From NCBI GenBank assembly GCA_033442325.1, contig JAWQFM010000005.1, positions 2,273,772-2,337,771 on the forward strand: a stretch of DNA of 64,000 nucleotides. The letters run 5' to 3'. Numbering within the stretch: the stretch's first letter is position 1; each line of letters opens with the position of its first letter. The position numbers were made by a program, and so were the translations under genes. The notes under the pieces were generated by a model. That model was not told the origin of the DNA and did not search any database. It saw only the letters and a program-made list of their open reading frames with translations. Below, piece by piece: positions 1 to 36,145 of this stretch. Source of the stretch: Salpingoeca rosetta (lineage: Eukaryota; Protista; Choanoflagellata).

Positions 1-198
1 TGGACAAGGCGCGACAGCAGCCGCTCTGGCATTGCCAGGATGGTTGGTGGGTGGGTGGTGAAGAGGAGGGTGAGGAGGGGGGGATGGCAGCTGAACGCAG
101 TGAGCTGATATGTTTGTGGTCGTTGAACACACAGATTGAGCTAGACAAGTACGTTCACACAAGTAGACACAACAACACACACACACACGCACGCACAC

Positions 199-265
<67 letters not shown>

Positions 266-1200
266 GCCGCACCTCCATTGAAGACATGTTCGTTGACAAT
301 TTGAAACGCGCGCTCAGAGCCAGCCTGAAGTGTGTGCGTGTGTGTGAGTGAGTGAGTGTGAGTGTGTGAAAGGATCACGCGTAGTGCTGCGCAAGAGAAT
401 GGCGGATGTAATCAGCGGCACGACGCAGGGCGAGACATGAACAGGATGCTGTGACCCACCTCTGACAGCCGTGTGAATGTCGCCGCAAGACAGTGGAGTG
501 CATGCACCTTCAATTCGCACACGCAACACATCAGAGGGGAAATGTTTTCGTCAGCACAACAACGTGTCACCACTGCAAGGCCCTTCACACAATCACACAC
601 ACACACGCGCGCACACACACGCACACACACACAGATACACAGACACACACACACAGACACACACACACACACACAAACGCAAACAAACAAAGCGTTCATT
701 CATCCGTCCCTCCCTGAATGTGGGCGCACCTGCACCTCGGACTGGCCGCCGAGCGACGCTGCCCGCGTCATGTTCTCGAGCGCTGTGCCGTAGTGCGCGT
801 TGGCCAAGATGGTCCCTTCATTTGCGGTGCACAGTGCAAGGTCGGCTGTTGCACTGAAGGCACTCGCCTGCACACGTGTGTGCGATTTGGTGCGTGCACA
901 TGTCATGACATGATTTTGTGTGTATGAGGTGGAAGCGATAAAGCGGTGTTCCGATTACATGTGCAAGTCGCAGACTGCCCTTGTTCACTTCACAGACAAC
1001 TCAATACCTTAACGGGCTGGTTGGCAGAGGCCGTGTACTGGGCGAGGTGCTTCATCACGTTGCATTCTGCATCCAGCTTCTCAAATGCTCCCTGTCGTCA
1101 TCAATCAATCAAGCGGTTGGCAGCACGCCATGGTTTTGTGACCACTGGCCGAGACGTTGATCCACTCAACCCTTGGTACACAGCATACGCACACACACGC

Positions 1201-1251
<51 letters not shown>

Positions 1252-1858
1252 CACACACCGTCGCGCCATGCAAGTATCATGTGGGTTCAGACAGCACACC
1301 CACACGTGTACATGTGTGTGTGTGCGAATGCCACCCAATCCAACAGCCATACCTCGAACTTGAGAGCGTGGGCAGCAAGCTCCAGCATGGAAGGGACGCG
1401 TGATGTCATGACGTCTCCTTCGTGACCAGCGTCCAGCACTTTGTTCATGGCATCTGTCAGACCAGCTTCCAGCAGAAGGTCGAGCTCCACCTTCGACTTT
1501 AAGTGCTGTTCACATCCACATCCACATGACATGGCACAACGGTATAAGGGCCAGCAACACGGAACGTGCGTGCGCGTGTGTGTTTATCTTTGTGTGAGTC
1601 AGAATGCCAGAAGTTTTGCTTGCATTCGAGCTCCATGCTCCATGCTATGACGGCCACACAACCACCATCTTGTCATGACAAGAGCAGGGGCTTGTCTTTT
1701 TTTTTTTTTTTTGAACACACCTTCTTGATGACTTCAACAGCGTACACGGCGAGAAGGTCGTCGCCATCCTTGGCGATGCCGTTGACAACTGCGCGGGCAG
1801 ACTCGAGGTTGAACTCCTCGCCTGCCTCGATCGACTCCAAACTGGGATGGTCCGACAT
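1..1858 (-). CDS. ARM/HEAT-type protein, possibly 26S proteasome assembly chaperone PSMD5/Hsm3-like; 3' end runs off the window
   Basis: ATG at 1858. GT-AG exons 1858-1721, 1505-1353, 1091-1008, 867-730, 507-460, 324-273 and 25-<1 splice in frame: MSDHPSLESIEAGEEF...ASAFSATADLALCTANEGTILANAHYGTALENMTRAASLGGQSEVQVHALHCLAATFTRLSE...ERLLSRLV. The helical repeats loosely recall the PSMD5 C-terminal half. The gene model is solid; the product is tentative. Confidence 0.55.
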
Positions 1859-2125
1859 GGTGTTGTGCTGTGCTGTGCTATGCTGTGCTGTGCTGTGCTG
1901 TCTTTCTGCCCTCGTTCTTGTTCTGTGCTCTGTCTGTCTGTCTGTCTGTCTGTCTGTCGTGAACAGCTTCGTTGAATCGTTGGAGCGAGGTTGACTTTGA
2001 TGGTGGTGGTGCAAGCAAAGTGGTGGGTGCAAAAGCAATCGCTTCTTCTTGCTTTCTTGCTTGCTTTGTCAGCAGAAGGTGACCGTGGAATTTCTTCGGG
2101 TATCTTCAGCGAATCGCCAAGAACC

Positions 2126-5824
<3,699 letters not shown>

Positions 5825-6333
5825 GCATTGTGTTGTTGTTGGTTAAGCCGGTGTTGTTGTTGTTGAAGTTGGTGTGTTGTTTAAGTTGTTGTTTAAGTTG
5901 TTGTTGTTGTTTAAGTTGTTGTTGTTGTTGTTCTGTGTGTTTCTCTTGTGTTTGGTTTTGTTCGTTGGTTTGGTTCATTGGTTCAACGAGTTTAGTTTGT
6001 TCGTGCATGTGCTTGGCTCACTGTTATTGTTGTCTGTTTGAACGCTGTTAGCTTCTGCATGCATTGTTATCGCACTTTGGTGTCGTTGCTGTGAATCAAA
6101 GACCAACGAAATAGTAGCTGTAAGGTAACGTGTTGACATAACGAGCTTGTGCGTTTGGCTCACTTTTGAGCAGAGAAGCGACAACAACACACGAGCCAAC
6201 AAAAAAACAAAAACAAACAAGCACGAAGCAAGCAAGGAACCAAACAAGCAACCAAGCAAACAAGCAAACTCAAACACACACACACACACGCAGCAGAAGA
6301 GCTTCCCTCAACTCTTCAAGCCCCTCCCGGCCT

Positions 6334-8515
6334 TCAAAGTATGGCGCAGCATGACTTGTGAACGGGCACGCTGGACGAGTCACGACGCGCCTCCTTGTCG
6401 CCCTTCTTGTCGCTGTTGTCAGCAAAGTTGGTCTCTGTGACCTTGGTGGCACCGGCGGCCATGGTCGCCTCGGAAGCTTGCGTGCTTGCAGGCATCGCGT
6501 CTTCACCATCGTTGGTCTTCTCATCCGAGTCGCCCGCCCACGCCGTGCTCTTGCGGCGGCGCATGCTCGCGTACTTGGCCGCCCGCGACGCGCGACGCGT
6601 GATGTTCTCTGTCGTCGTGTTGGGGTTGCTCTCCGGGTTGAGGTTCACTTCCTCCTTTGGCGCTGCCTCTGCGCCCGAGCGCGCTTGCGTGCCTGCGGTG
6701 CCCGGCTCCTGCCCGGCGCCAGTAGCATCACCGCCATCCCCTGCTTCCTCTCCCCCTTTCCCACTGCCGTCGTCGTTGGCGTCTGACGTCTCCTGCTCCC
6801 CGCTGCCGCCGCTCTCCCCGCCGGACATGCCGGCAAGCAGACCGAGGAGAAGCAGGTCGCTCATTGTCATGCCGCCGCCACCGCCCCCACGGCCGCCCTG
6901 CTTGCCGTCGCGCTGTTGGCGCACTGCCTGCAGGTGCTGCTGCGCCATCCGCGTCTGTGGGTGGTTGCGGCCGAGCGTGTCCGTGAGAATGTTCACGCAC
7001 GTCTGGCAGTACTCGATGCCCTGCTCGTAGTCCTCCTTGGCGGCGTACGCCACGCCCAGGTTGCGGAACGTCAGGCCGGTTGAGGGGTGGTTCATGCCCA
7101 CGGTGATCATATCCACCTCCAGCGCGCGGTGCAGGTACTCGATGGCGCGCGTGGTGTCGCCTTTGTTCTGGTACACCTGGGCCAGGACGTTGATGCTGCT
7201 TGCGCTCTCCGGGTGGTCCTCGCCATACGCCTTCTCAAACATCTCCAGCGCCTTCTCTGCGTAGCGGATGGCCTCGTCGTTCTGCTTCGTGCGGGCATAC
7301 ACGCGCCCGAGCTGGTTGTACACGGCGGCCAGCGTCGTGTCGTATGGGCCGTACTCCTTGCCCTCCATCACCTCCAGGGCCTTGTTCAGGTGCTCCAGGG
7401 CGGTGGTGTAGTCGCCCTTGCTTTCATATGCCTGCGCAACATCGCGGCGGGACTCGCGCGTGTCGTCGTGGTCTTCCCCGAGCACGTGCAGGCGGATCTC
7501 GAGGGCCTTGGAGTGGTACTTGATGGCGCCCTCCTGTGCACCGCGCGCGCGCATCGTGTCGCCGACAATCTTGAACATGTCTGCGGTGTCCGTGTGCATC
7601 TCGCCAACGGTTGCGTGCGTGATCTGCAGCACGCGCTCAAAGCAGTTGATGGCTGTGTCGACTTCGCCCACCTGCAGCAGGCACACGCCCAGGCGGCGGA
7701 ACACGCTGGCCAGCGTGCGGTCCTCTTGGCCCATAAACTGCGAGCACACCTGCAGCGCCGTCTGGAAGTACTCCATGCCGGGCTCGTGCTGGTCAAACTC
7801 CCACAGCAGCACGCCGACCTGGGCGCCGAGCTGCCCGTACGCCACAGTCTCGTTCTTGCCCTGCGCCTTGAGCTCGTCCACGTAGTCGGACGCGTGCTCA
7901 AGGCACCAGCCGCTCAGCATGTGCTTGATCTTCGCGTCCAGGCTGGCAAACCCGATGTTGTCCTTGATGGCGGTGCGCAGGAGGTCCGTCTGCGTGGTTG
8001 TTGCTGCGGCACACTTGTGCGATTCCACGCTGCGCAGCGTGTCCGTGACGTGCTCGGCGTCCTTGAGCATGGCCTCCTTGAACGCGGCCTCCTGCGCCTT
8101 TGAGAGGTGGACAAACAGCCGCACCTTGCGCTCGTGCATGCCGCTGTAGATGTCCCACAGGCACTGTGCGTTCTGGAAGGGCGCGTGGTCGTCCCAGGGA
8201 GACAGCACAAGCATCATCTGCCCGCGGTCGGCGATCATGTCCGTGTACGTCTTGGTCCACCTGTGTTGTGGAGGTGAACATTGACAGCGAAACACAAGAT
8301 GGGGAGGGGTTTGTGACATGGTGGGGTGCAAAACGCGGTAGCTGAAGCAAACTTGACAGCACGGCAGCCATGATGGCGATGGCGATGGCGATGGCGATGG
8401 CGTTCCACAATCTCCACACACATACACAGAGACACACAGACACATACATGCACAGACACATAAACACACTAATACACATTACGCACACACACACATATTA
8501 CTCACACACACATTA

Positions 8516-8554
<39 letters not shown>

Positions 8555-8947
8555 TACACACACACACACACACGCATATACCATCTTGACTGACCATTTC
8601 TTTGAGAGGTTGTCCGTGTTTGGGTGGTTGATGCAGAAGAGATCCAGCCAGAAGACGGTGTCCGCGTTTGCGCTTCCAAACTCAATCAGGGTTTCGAGCA
8701 GCGGCACGATCTTGTTGTCCCACGCATGCACGACGTGCATGGTGGCGGCACCAACAGCCTTGGGGTCCTTCTGTCGAATCGCCTCCACATACGGCGCGTT
8801 TTGTGCCTTGATCTCCGGCAAGACGACACGCTCACAGACCTCCTTTGTCGTCAGTGAGTCATGATCGCTGTGCTTCTTCTTCAGATCCTGCAGGAATCCT
8901 GTCAGGAACGCGGTCGTCACGCCATCTGGCGAGCTGTCACCACTCAT
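6334..8947 (-). CDS. TPR-repeat protein (kinesin-light-chain-type 42-aa TPRs) with N-terminal HET/TIR-like domain and C-terminal CaaX
   Basis: Two exons, 8947-8595 and 8260-6334 (~759 aa). N-terminal motifs VHAW, FWLDLFCINH, LVLSPW, CLWD. Repeats such as 'YAEKALEMFEKAYGEDHPESASSINVLAQVY'. Ends KSCCAIL*. Confidence 0.9.
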
Positions 8948-9329
8948 GGTGCCTTGCCGTCGCTGCTGCTGCTGTTGCTGCTGCTGTTACGCTCTTGGCT
9001 TTGTGTTGGTGGGAAAGAGGAGCACAAGCACAAAGCACAACCTCAAAGCAGAGATGCAACACAAGGCAAGGACAGCAAGCGCGAGTCAGAAAGGGGGAAA
9101 TGCGCACTGCGGGCTGGGTGGTGGTGCTTGCTTGTGCGGCGTTTTGGTCGGACACACAAAATCCAAACAACCACCCACTGCTTGCAGGCACAAGCCATTT
9201 TGTGTGCGAAATGTATATCGTGTGGATAGCACCAACAATGCGTGCGGCAGGGGGCGTGGCAAGCAGCACAAGCAACAGAAGGGCAACAAAAGCAGTCAGC
9301 GCAGCGAGCGACTCACGTCAATGTAACAT

Positions 9330-9390
<61 letters not shown>

Positions 9391-9479
9391 CACACACAGG
9401 CACACACAGGCACACACAGGCACACACACACACACAGGCGTAATTGGTTGTACAGGCAGGCAGGAAGGTCAGACGTTCG

Positions 9480-15740
<6,261 letters not shown>

Positions 15741-16145
15741 CGTGCTGCTCTTCGCTGTCTGTTGGTGTTGGTGTTGATTGCCGTTCGTTGTGGATATGAC
15801 ACGCACGACACCACAAATTATTGTTATGATTGGCTGCTGGCTGCGTGCTTGGTGGTTTGGCTGGCTGGCTGGACGATTCGTTTACTGGTGGCTGTTGTTC
15901 TCTTCTCTATCAACAACATGGTTGGCATCATAAAGAAAGTGTGGGAAGCGGGAGGGGGGGGGGGGCACACGTGGTTGAAGGCTTCAAGCCATGCACCCCC
16001 ATGGACCCTGTGGAAAAGAAGCCAGGGATCCAAGCACGATTTGTGTTGTGTTCACAAGATATGCGCATGTTCAACACGGAGGCACACATACACACAGACA
16101 CACAGACACATACACAGACACACAGACACATACACAGACACACAG

Positions 16146-16199
<54 letters not shown>

Positions 16200-16222
16200 A
16201 CACACAATCACAGACACGCTGG

Positions 16223-19408
<3,186 letters not shown>

Positions 19409-19888
19409 TCAACGGTGGTATTGGCGCTACATACCACGCGTACACAACAACAACCACACAACCACACACACGCACGCACGCATGGAAGAGACTCACCCCT
19501 CTTGTTCCGCTCGGGCAGCCTTGGCCTTGCTTGTTGTGGCTCGTAGTCTCAGTCGACACAAAGAAGAAGAGCAGGAAAAACTGTGCGTGTATTGGTTGGT
19601 TGGTGGGTGGATGGCGCGCGTGTGTTGTGCGTGGACAGCAGATTTTCTTATTTTTGCATGAACAAGCAAGCAAGGACTGTGTGGGATCGAAATTTTGTGT
19701 GTGATACCCAAGAATTATTTATCGGGCAAATCAAACACCCACCTGGTAAATCGTCCGCCGCGAAAAATTCAAAAAAAAAAGGACGCGGCGAAGCAAGGTG
19801 CGACGAGGACACACGACGACCACGGCAACGACAACAGCAAGGGTGCACGCTGAGCAGGCAAACCCCAGCAATCAAACGAGCCACTGCC

Positions 19889-23292
<3,404 letters not shown>

Positions 23293-23630
23293 GCATTCTT
23301 GCAGTCCTGGTGATGGCGCTGATAGCGGTGGTGGGTGGTTGTGGTGGCATGTCATTGCCTTGCGGCCTGCTTGCTTCATTTTAGTTGTTTCGTTGCCTTT
23401 CATGGTGCTTTCATCGCTGGGTTGTTTGCAGCGAGGCAGAAGGTATGTGTGTGTGTGTGTATGAGTGTCGCAGGGAGGAGCAGGGAAACATATGTTGTGA
23501 TGCGACGAGAGCTGAGAGGACTGGAACGACGGTGCTGTTGTCCTGTGGGAAGCGGAGGGAGAAAGAAAGCCGTCTTATGTTTTTTGTTTTGGCTGTGTGT
23601 GCACTTAAACAACAACAACGAAGGACTGTC

Positions 23631-25774
<2,144 letters not shown>

Positions 25775-25777
25775 AGC

Positions 25778-25865
<88 letters not shown>

Positions 25866-26134
25866 ACACCATGCGTTGCCCGACCACGTGACGTGACGAA
25901 GCACCGCATGGGTGCTGTGCCCGACATGACTCCTATGTATCTGCCAGCGCGTGTCGGTTCAGTGTGGCAGTGTTGTGCACACCTGTTCCTCAGAGTGCTC
26001 TCTTGCTTTTCTTTTGTCTTGCTTGCTTCACTGTTTACAACTGCAACCTAGCAACCTTGGCACAGTACAACCACGCCAATACAACGGCACCAACGCCTTG
26101 ACATCAGGGTAACAAACAAGTGAGCTCCCCGCAC

Positions 26135-26274
<140 letters not shown>

Positions 26275-26427
26275 CAAATTTGGAACAGCGGCAACAACCT
26301 TCACTGATGATCATTCCACAACACATGATGGTTGACTACGTCATCCTAAAAGCTCAAGAGCTCTTGCAACAATCACGCAAATAACACGTATGCCAAAGCC
26401 ACTGTACTACCGCACCCAAGCGCAACC

Positions 26428-26542
<115 letters not shown>

Positions 26543-26650
26543 GCGCGCGCGCGCACAGACACAAATGCACACATACACAGTGTTGGTGGAAAGCTGTTCC
26601 ACTCACCGCCCGAAAAACACCGCAATCACGACCCCCGCCCGCACCACCGC

Positions 26651-28525
26651 CTATGCAAACTTGTCGTGCAGGGTCCAATACACTTTCCTGGCCTTCTCAA
26701 ACGCGCCAAAGAAGATAGCGCCTCCGAGCGCAATGAACGCCGTGCGGGGCAGAACACCAGCGAAGAGGGCCTTGATGCCCTCGCGCTGGTAGATGTGCAC
26801 CAGCGCGCGCGGAACGTTGTCCGTGTTCTGTCCGGTGGCACAAATGGCGGGAGACGGCAGGGTGAGTTCATGTGTGTATGTGTATGTGTATGTGCGTGTT
26901 GGTGTAAAGGGGCAGAAGCCATCTTGTGTTCGGACAAACGCTACTTCAAACCAGACGCACAGACGCACAGACACACAGGCACACAGACAGACAGACAGAC
27001 AAACAGACAGATACACACAGACACAGACACGCCAACCTGCTGGAGAATGATGCGCGTCTTGACGACATCTAGCGGCGTTGTGACAGCAGCGGATATGCCG
27101 CCAGCGATGGAGCCGCACACGGACCCCTGCCACGCAGGCAGGTCCTTCACCTCCACCTTCTCCAGGCGTGCAACGCCGCGCTGTGAATGCAGGGAGACAA
27201 GACGCGGAGTCAGGTGATCGATGGACAAGGGTAAGGCCATCAGTTTGCTAAGGCACGCACACACACACACACGCACACACACGCACACACAAGCTTGTAC
27301 TTGTTGTTGGACGGAACAGCGAACGTTCACAACAAGACAGTTCCACAATCCAAGTCGCAGAGGCGCAGGTGTACCTTGAGGGATTCGTACAGCGGGAACT
27401 GAATGAAGGAGAACGGGATCTGCAAGGTGACGGGCGAGCGAGCGTGTGTGTATGTGTGTATACGTCAGTGCGTGAGCGTGTGGAACAAGCGCACGCACGT
27501 ACACTGGCACACGCACATACACTGGCACACGCACATACACTGGCACATGCATTAGCATGTCCACAATGCCCCTCTCCCCCCACACATCACTGACCTCACG
27601 CATGACGAGGGATACGTAGCCTTCCCAGAAGCCCGGGAGCCCCTTGGTTTTGAGGATATGTGAGACGCAGGCGGACGTGGTCGGGTGCACGTGCGCCTGC
27701 AACTGTTGTTTCACCACCTCGAACGGCATCCGCACCACAGCGGTTGTCTGCAAAGCAGATACAGTGGTGGTGAGTGACGAGAGTCAGCGTGGCGGCGGCG
27801 GCGGCGGTGGCGGCGGGGGTGGTGATGGGATGGTCAGGCGAGGCGTTCAGTACAGGCGCGATTGCACATGCAAGCAGCACTCAAGCCAACCGGCGATCAG
27901 TACAAAGTGGATCGACCACGATGCAGTATCACATGTCTCATCACTCACTCACCATCTCTGCGACAGACCCCGCCGTCATTTCCCGAACAACGGCGTAGTC
28001 GTCTGGCACAAACCCAGCCATGATGGCCTTGGTGCCCTCGTAGCTCGCAAAGAAGCATGCCGCTGCACCCACACGGCAGATGTAAAGGTCAGTTGCGGAT
28101 GTAAGTGAGTGAGGGTGTGTTTGCGGGAGGGGGTTTGCTGATCATGCATGTCCAACAACACGCAGGAACATAGGCAGGCAGACAGGTGGATGTAGGCAGG
28201 CAGGAAGGAACATAGGCAGGCAGGAGAGGAACAAAGGCAGAAACACAGGGTACGCAAGCAGGCAGACACACACACACACACACGGACCTGCTGGAGCCGA
28301 TCCCAGTGCCGCCGATGAGAGGCCTCGATACACGCCCTTGAAGCCACCTGCCTTGAAGAAGCCCTGTGCGCTCTGCAGTCGAGTCTTCACTGTGTCAATT
28401 GGATACAGCACAATGTCCACTGCAGGTCCAGCAACACAGCCACCAAACGCGCCCGCTAGCGTGTATGCCAGTCGTGTGCGCTCCAGCCCACCAGTGCCAC
28501 TGGCCGCAGACGCATCCTCGCCCAT
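26651..28525 (-). CDS. SLC25A26: Mitochondrial S-adenosylmethionine carrier (SLC25A26/PET8)
   Basis: Carrier signatures [22 protein letters not shown] and [11 protein letters not shown], plus SAMC-typical [29 protein letters not shown] and [16 protein letters not shown] 28525; stop TAG 26651-26653. Confidence 0.92.
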
Positions 28526-28891
28526 CTTCTTGGTTTCGTCTGTGTGTGTATGTGGAGTGCGTTGGATGGCCCGCGTTGGATGGTTGTAGTGTATCCTGCA
28601 CCTTGCTGCTGTGTATCTTGTGCCTCGTGGTGTTTTGCTCGTTGCTGCCTTGTTTCTGTGTGTTGAGTGTTGCACAATCCTCCAAAACGTTGTTTGGGCC
28701 TTGCTGCTTCTTTGTGCGCACACGTCATGTGAGGTGTCGTGACATGATGACGACGACGACGATGGTGATGGTGGTGGTGGTGGTGATGGACACGCTTGAC
28801 TTCACTTGACGTTGGGTGAACGGTTGTTGTTGTTCTGTGGAAGAGACAAGAGTAGTCAGACACGTGCACACAGACAAGTACACACACAGAC

Positions 28892-28975
<84 letters not shown>

Positions 28976-29363
28976 CACGAGAACTCAAATCAAATCCACG
29001 CACACGACACCGCACGCAGTGATGCGAAGAGGAGAGGGAAAGAAGCAGACTAGCAGAGCAAATTGGCAGTTGATGTGTTGATGGCAACACGGGAGAAGGA
29101 CGAGAGGAAGGTGGTGCGCAGGCACGCACGAGAAAGCAATATGCCTGCTTTCTCGCAGGGTAGGGCACAAGGCAGGCACAACGTCAAAGACAGGGAGGTA
29201 AGAGGGGGCGACTAATCAATTGAAAGGATGAACAAGGGAAAGGGAGAAAAAGGCACAGCTGCACCAAGCAGAGGGCGTGCACGCTGTAACACACGAGCAG
29301 AGAGCCAAGCGCGTGGGTTTGACCCGACACACACACACACACACAAGCACACACACACACACA

Positions 29364-29396
<33 letters not shown>

Positions 29397-29624
29397 GCAC
29401 ACACACACACAAGCACACACACACTTGGAAAGCGATGTGTTGTAAATGTACCGAAGAAAACAGGGGGGCAAAGAAGGTTCAGAATCAAAACAACAATAAC
29501 ACAAAACAGGCAGAAGAAGCAGCAATCAACGCGTGACAATTGGCCCCCACCGCCGCACCGACTTAAGCTGGATAATGAACGCGATGACACGGGCGGTGGG
29601 GGAGGAGAGCAAGAGGTTGGCGCA

Positions 29625-31238
29625 TTATTGGGATGGCTTGACGGCAAGCTCCTTGAGGTGGTCAATGTACTTGCGGAAGGCCTGGTACAGGGTCGGGGTG
29701 TAGTGGTAGGGCACGTTGTGCTTCTTGCACAGGCGCTGCACGATGGGCTGCAGGGCGCGGTGGTGGCAGTGGTTGACGCAGGGGAAGAGGTGGTGCTCAA
29801 TCTGGAAGTTGAGGCCGCCCGTGAAGAGGAAGGTGAGGTAGCTGTCCTTGCCAACCGTGTGGCTCGTCAGCACCTGGTGCTTGTAAAAGTCGGAAGAGTA
29901 CTGGTCAATGTTGGGGCTGGTGAGGTGGTTGATCTGGGAGGAGAGCATGAAGCAGAGCGAGACGATGGTCACGGGGACGACGGCAAACAGGATTGCCTTT
30001 GGCCAGGGGAAGAGGGCAAACGGGAGGAGGTGGCACATGGCGTAGACGAAGACGCGGCCGGCCCAGTGCAGGAGCCAGCGGGAGCGCGTCATCTCCATCT
30101 TGGCCACGGCGCGGTTGTAGTGGCCCGACATCTCCATCTGCAGGGGCTTCAGGTAGTTCATGGCAAAGGTGCCAATGACCCAGATGGGCAGCCACGTGGA
30201 CGGCTGGTGGGCGTGCATGGGCTTCCACCGCAGCGTGTGGGTGTGGCGCTCCATGGCGTTGTTGTGGTACAGGTCCGGGTCCTTGCGCGGGATGTTGGCG
30301 TACACGTGGTGGCCAATGACGTGCTGGTGGTACCACTCAATCGGGGAGCTGAAGTACCAGCCAATGTACGTGGCCAGCGCGTTGACGCGCCAGTGGCGGG
30401 AGAGGGCAAAGTGGGAGCCGTCGTGGAAGATGTTGACGCCAATGACCCAGTAGGTGAGCGGCATGGCAATGAGGGTCCAGTACTCGCCGCGGAAGAAGCC
30501 GGGCAGCGTGGCCAGGAACAGGGAAAACAGCACAAAGAGCTCGAGCCAGCGCATCGGGGTGGCCTTTGTGGCGTCGAGCAGGGACACGCCGCGGCGCTTG
30601 GCCTCGCCCTCAAAGTAGTGCTTCACCTGGTCAACCAGCTCCTTGCCAAACGCAGACACGGGCGCACCGTCGGCCACCTTGCCGTCCTTGTTCTCGTACT
30701 CGGGCCACTCAAACTCGGTGCCCTGGTCGCTCTCGTCCAGCAGGCGGCACGGCTCGTGTGTTTCGTACTTGGCCAGCAGCTTCTCCAACCGCGCGCGGCT
30801 CGTGAAGGGATGGTGGGACTGTGTATGTGTGCGTGTGTTGGTGTGTGTTGTGCGTGTGAGTGTGCGTATGCATGGTGTGTTGTTTGGTGCGTGTTTGTGT
30901 GTATTTGTATGTGTACGTTTGTGTATGTGTGAGTGCAGTGTGTGTGTCACATGCAGCGTGAGTGCAATGTGTGTCCTGCGATCGGCTGGATACACCATAC
31001 TTGCACCGAAAAGAATCAGCGCGACCACGTCCACCCACGCCACGAGCAACGTCGTGCAGGTGATGCAGATAATGAAGAAGCAACAAGGACCCACCTCGAA
31101 GAGGCCTGTGGCGTCACGCCCTTTGCCGAGAGAGATCATGACGGGACCGCCGGGGTGGTTGAAGCCCTCCACATCGTACCACTTGCCATGGATACGCATG
31201 GCCTTGGTGTTGACCTTCTTCGTTGTTGTGGCCGACAT
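29625..31238 (-). CDS. Front-end (delta-5/delta-6 type) fatty acid desaturase with N-terminal cytochrome b5 domain
   Basis: Exons 31238-31095 and 30818-29625 (~445 aa). HPGG heme motif; His boxes HDGSH, HVIGHH, QIEHHLFP. The ATG directly follows a CAG, so an upstream exon is possible. Confidence 0.93.
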   Translation of the reverse strand: MSATTTKKVNTKAMRIHGKWYDVEGFNHPGGPVMISLGKGRDATGLFEVGPCCFFIICITCTTLLVAWVDVVALILFGASMVYPADRRTHIALTLHVTHTLHSHIHKRTHTNTHKHAPNNTPCIRTLTRTTHTNTRTHTQSHHPFTSRARLEKLLAKYETHEPCRLLDESDQGTEFEWPEYENKDGKVADGAPVSAFGKELVDQVKHYFEGEAKRRGVSLLDATKATPMRWLELFVLFSLFLATLPGFFRGEYWTLIAMPLTYWVIGVNIFHDGSHFALSRHWRVNALATYIGWYFSSPIEWYHQHVIGHHVYANIPRKDPDLYHNNAMERHTHTLRWKPMHAHQPSTWLPIWVIGTFAMNYLKPLQMEMSGHYNRAVAKMEMTRSRWLLHWAGRVFVYAMCHLLPFALFPWPKAILFAVVPVTIVSLCFMLSSQINHLTSPNIDQYSSDFYKHQVLTSHTVGKDSYLTFLFTGGLNFQIEHHLFPCVNHCHHRALQPIVQRLCKKHNVPYHYTPTLYQAFRKYIDHLKELAVKPSQ

Positions 31239-31302
31239 CTGCATTCAACAGGAAAAGGAGCGAGGAGGCATTAAGGGGGATGGACGTGTGTGCGTGTGTG
31301 TG

Positions 31303-31395
<93 letters not shown>

Positions 31396-32009
31396 CAATC
31401 GTGGGAAGCAGCAAGGGAAACAAAGCCGACTCATTGAGCATACACACACACACACATACACACCTTGATTGCGGTTAACTGTGGTTTGGGGTGCAGCGTG
31501 GGTACAAATGGATGGATTGGATTGGATGGATGGATGGATGGATTCACGTGCGATTTGTGTATGTGCGCGAATGTGTGAACAACAATCAGCAACAAGTGAA
31601 GCAAGAAACCAAGCAAGCAAGCAAGCAAAGCAAGGAACCACGATCGCACACGTTGTGTGAAATGATTGTGCGATGTGCAATACACCGACCCATACAATCG
31701 TTGGTTGCCTGTTGACCATGTGCAAACCGCCACGGGATCTTGCACCAATCACCCACACACACACAGCAACAGCCCCACAAGCACAGCGCGGAGATCGCCG
31801 CAGCACATCAACCATCCAAGCCAGAGCAAGCCAGCACGCGCCTTCACACCAACCAAAAGCAAAGCAAAGCCAGTGCAAGCACCTTTTTGTCTTCTTGCTG
31901 TTGCGTTGTTGCAGCACTCGCACAAGGCACACAAAAATTAATGCACACCATCTATTCTCACTTCGGGTGACGCACCGATGACTGCGGGGCAAACTGGCCA
32001 ATCGATCGC

Positions 32010-35732
<3,723 letters not shown>

Positions 35733-35981
35733 CGGCAGCCATGTGCGCGTGTTGTGCTTGTGTGTATTGTTTGTGCATGTGAATTGTGGTTTGCTTTGGG
35801 GAATTACTGTGTGTATCTGTATTCGGAGGAGAGTAGCGAGTCACTGCCATGATGAAGACACTTTGTATGAAGCGGCATCAGAGTAAACAGACAGGAGAAG
35901 CGAAAAACAAACAAGCAAGCAAGCAAACAAACAAACAAACAAAAGGAAAACAGAACGCCTGACGAGCAAAACAACAACAGC

Positions 35982-36019
<38 letters not shown>

Positions 36020-36145
36020 CGAGAGGGACGTATTCGTGTCGTAACAAACAGCAAGAGCATGCGCCCGAGAAGAACACCCACCTCACGGCAATGGAAAGAC
36101 CAAACACACCACGACGCCACGACGACAACCCGAAGCAATTGCACC

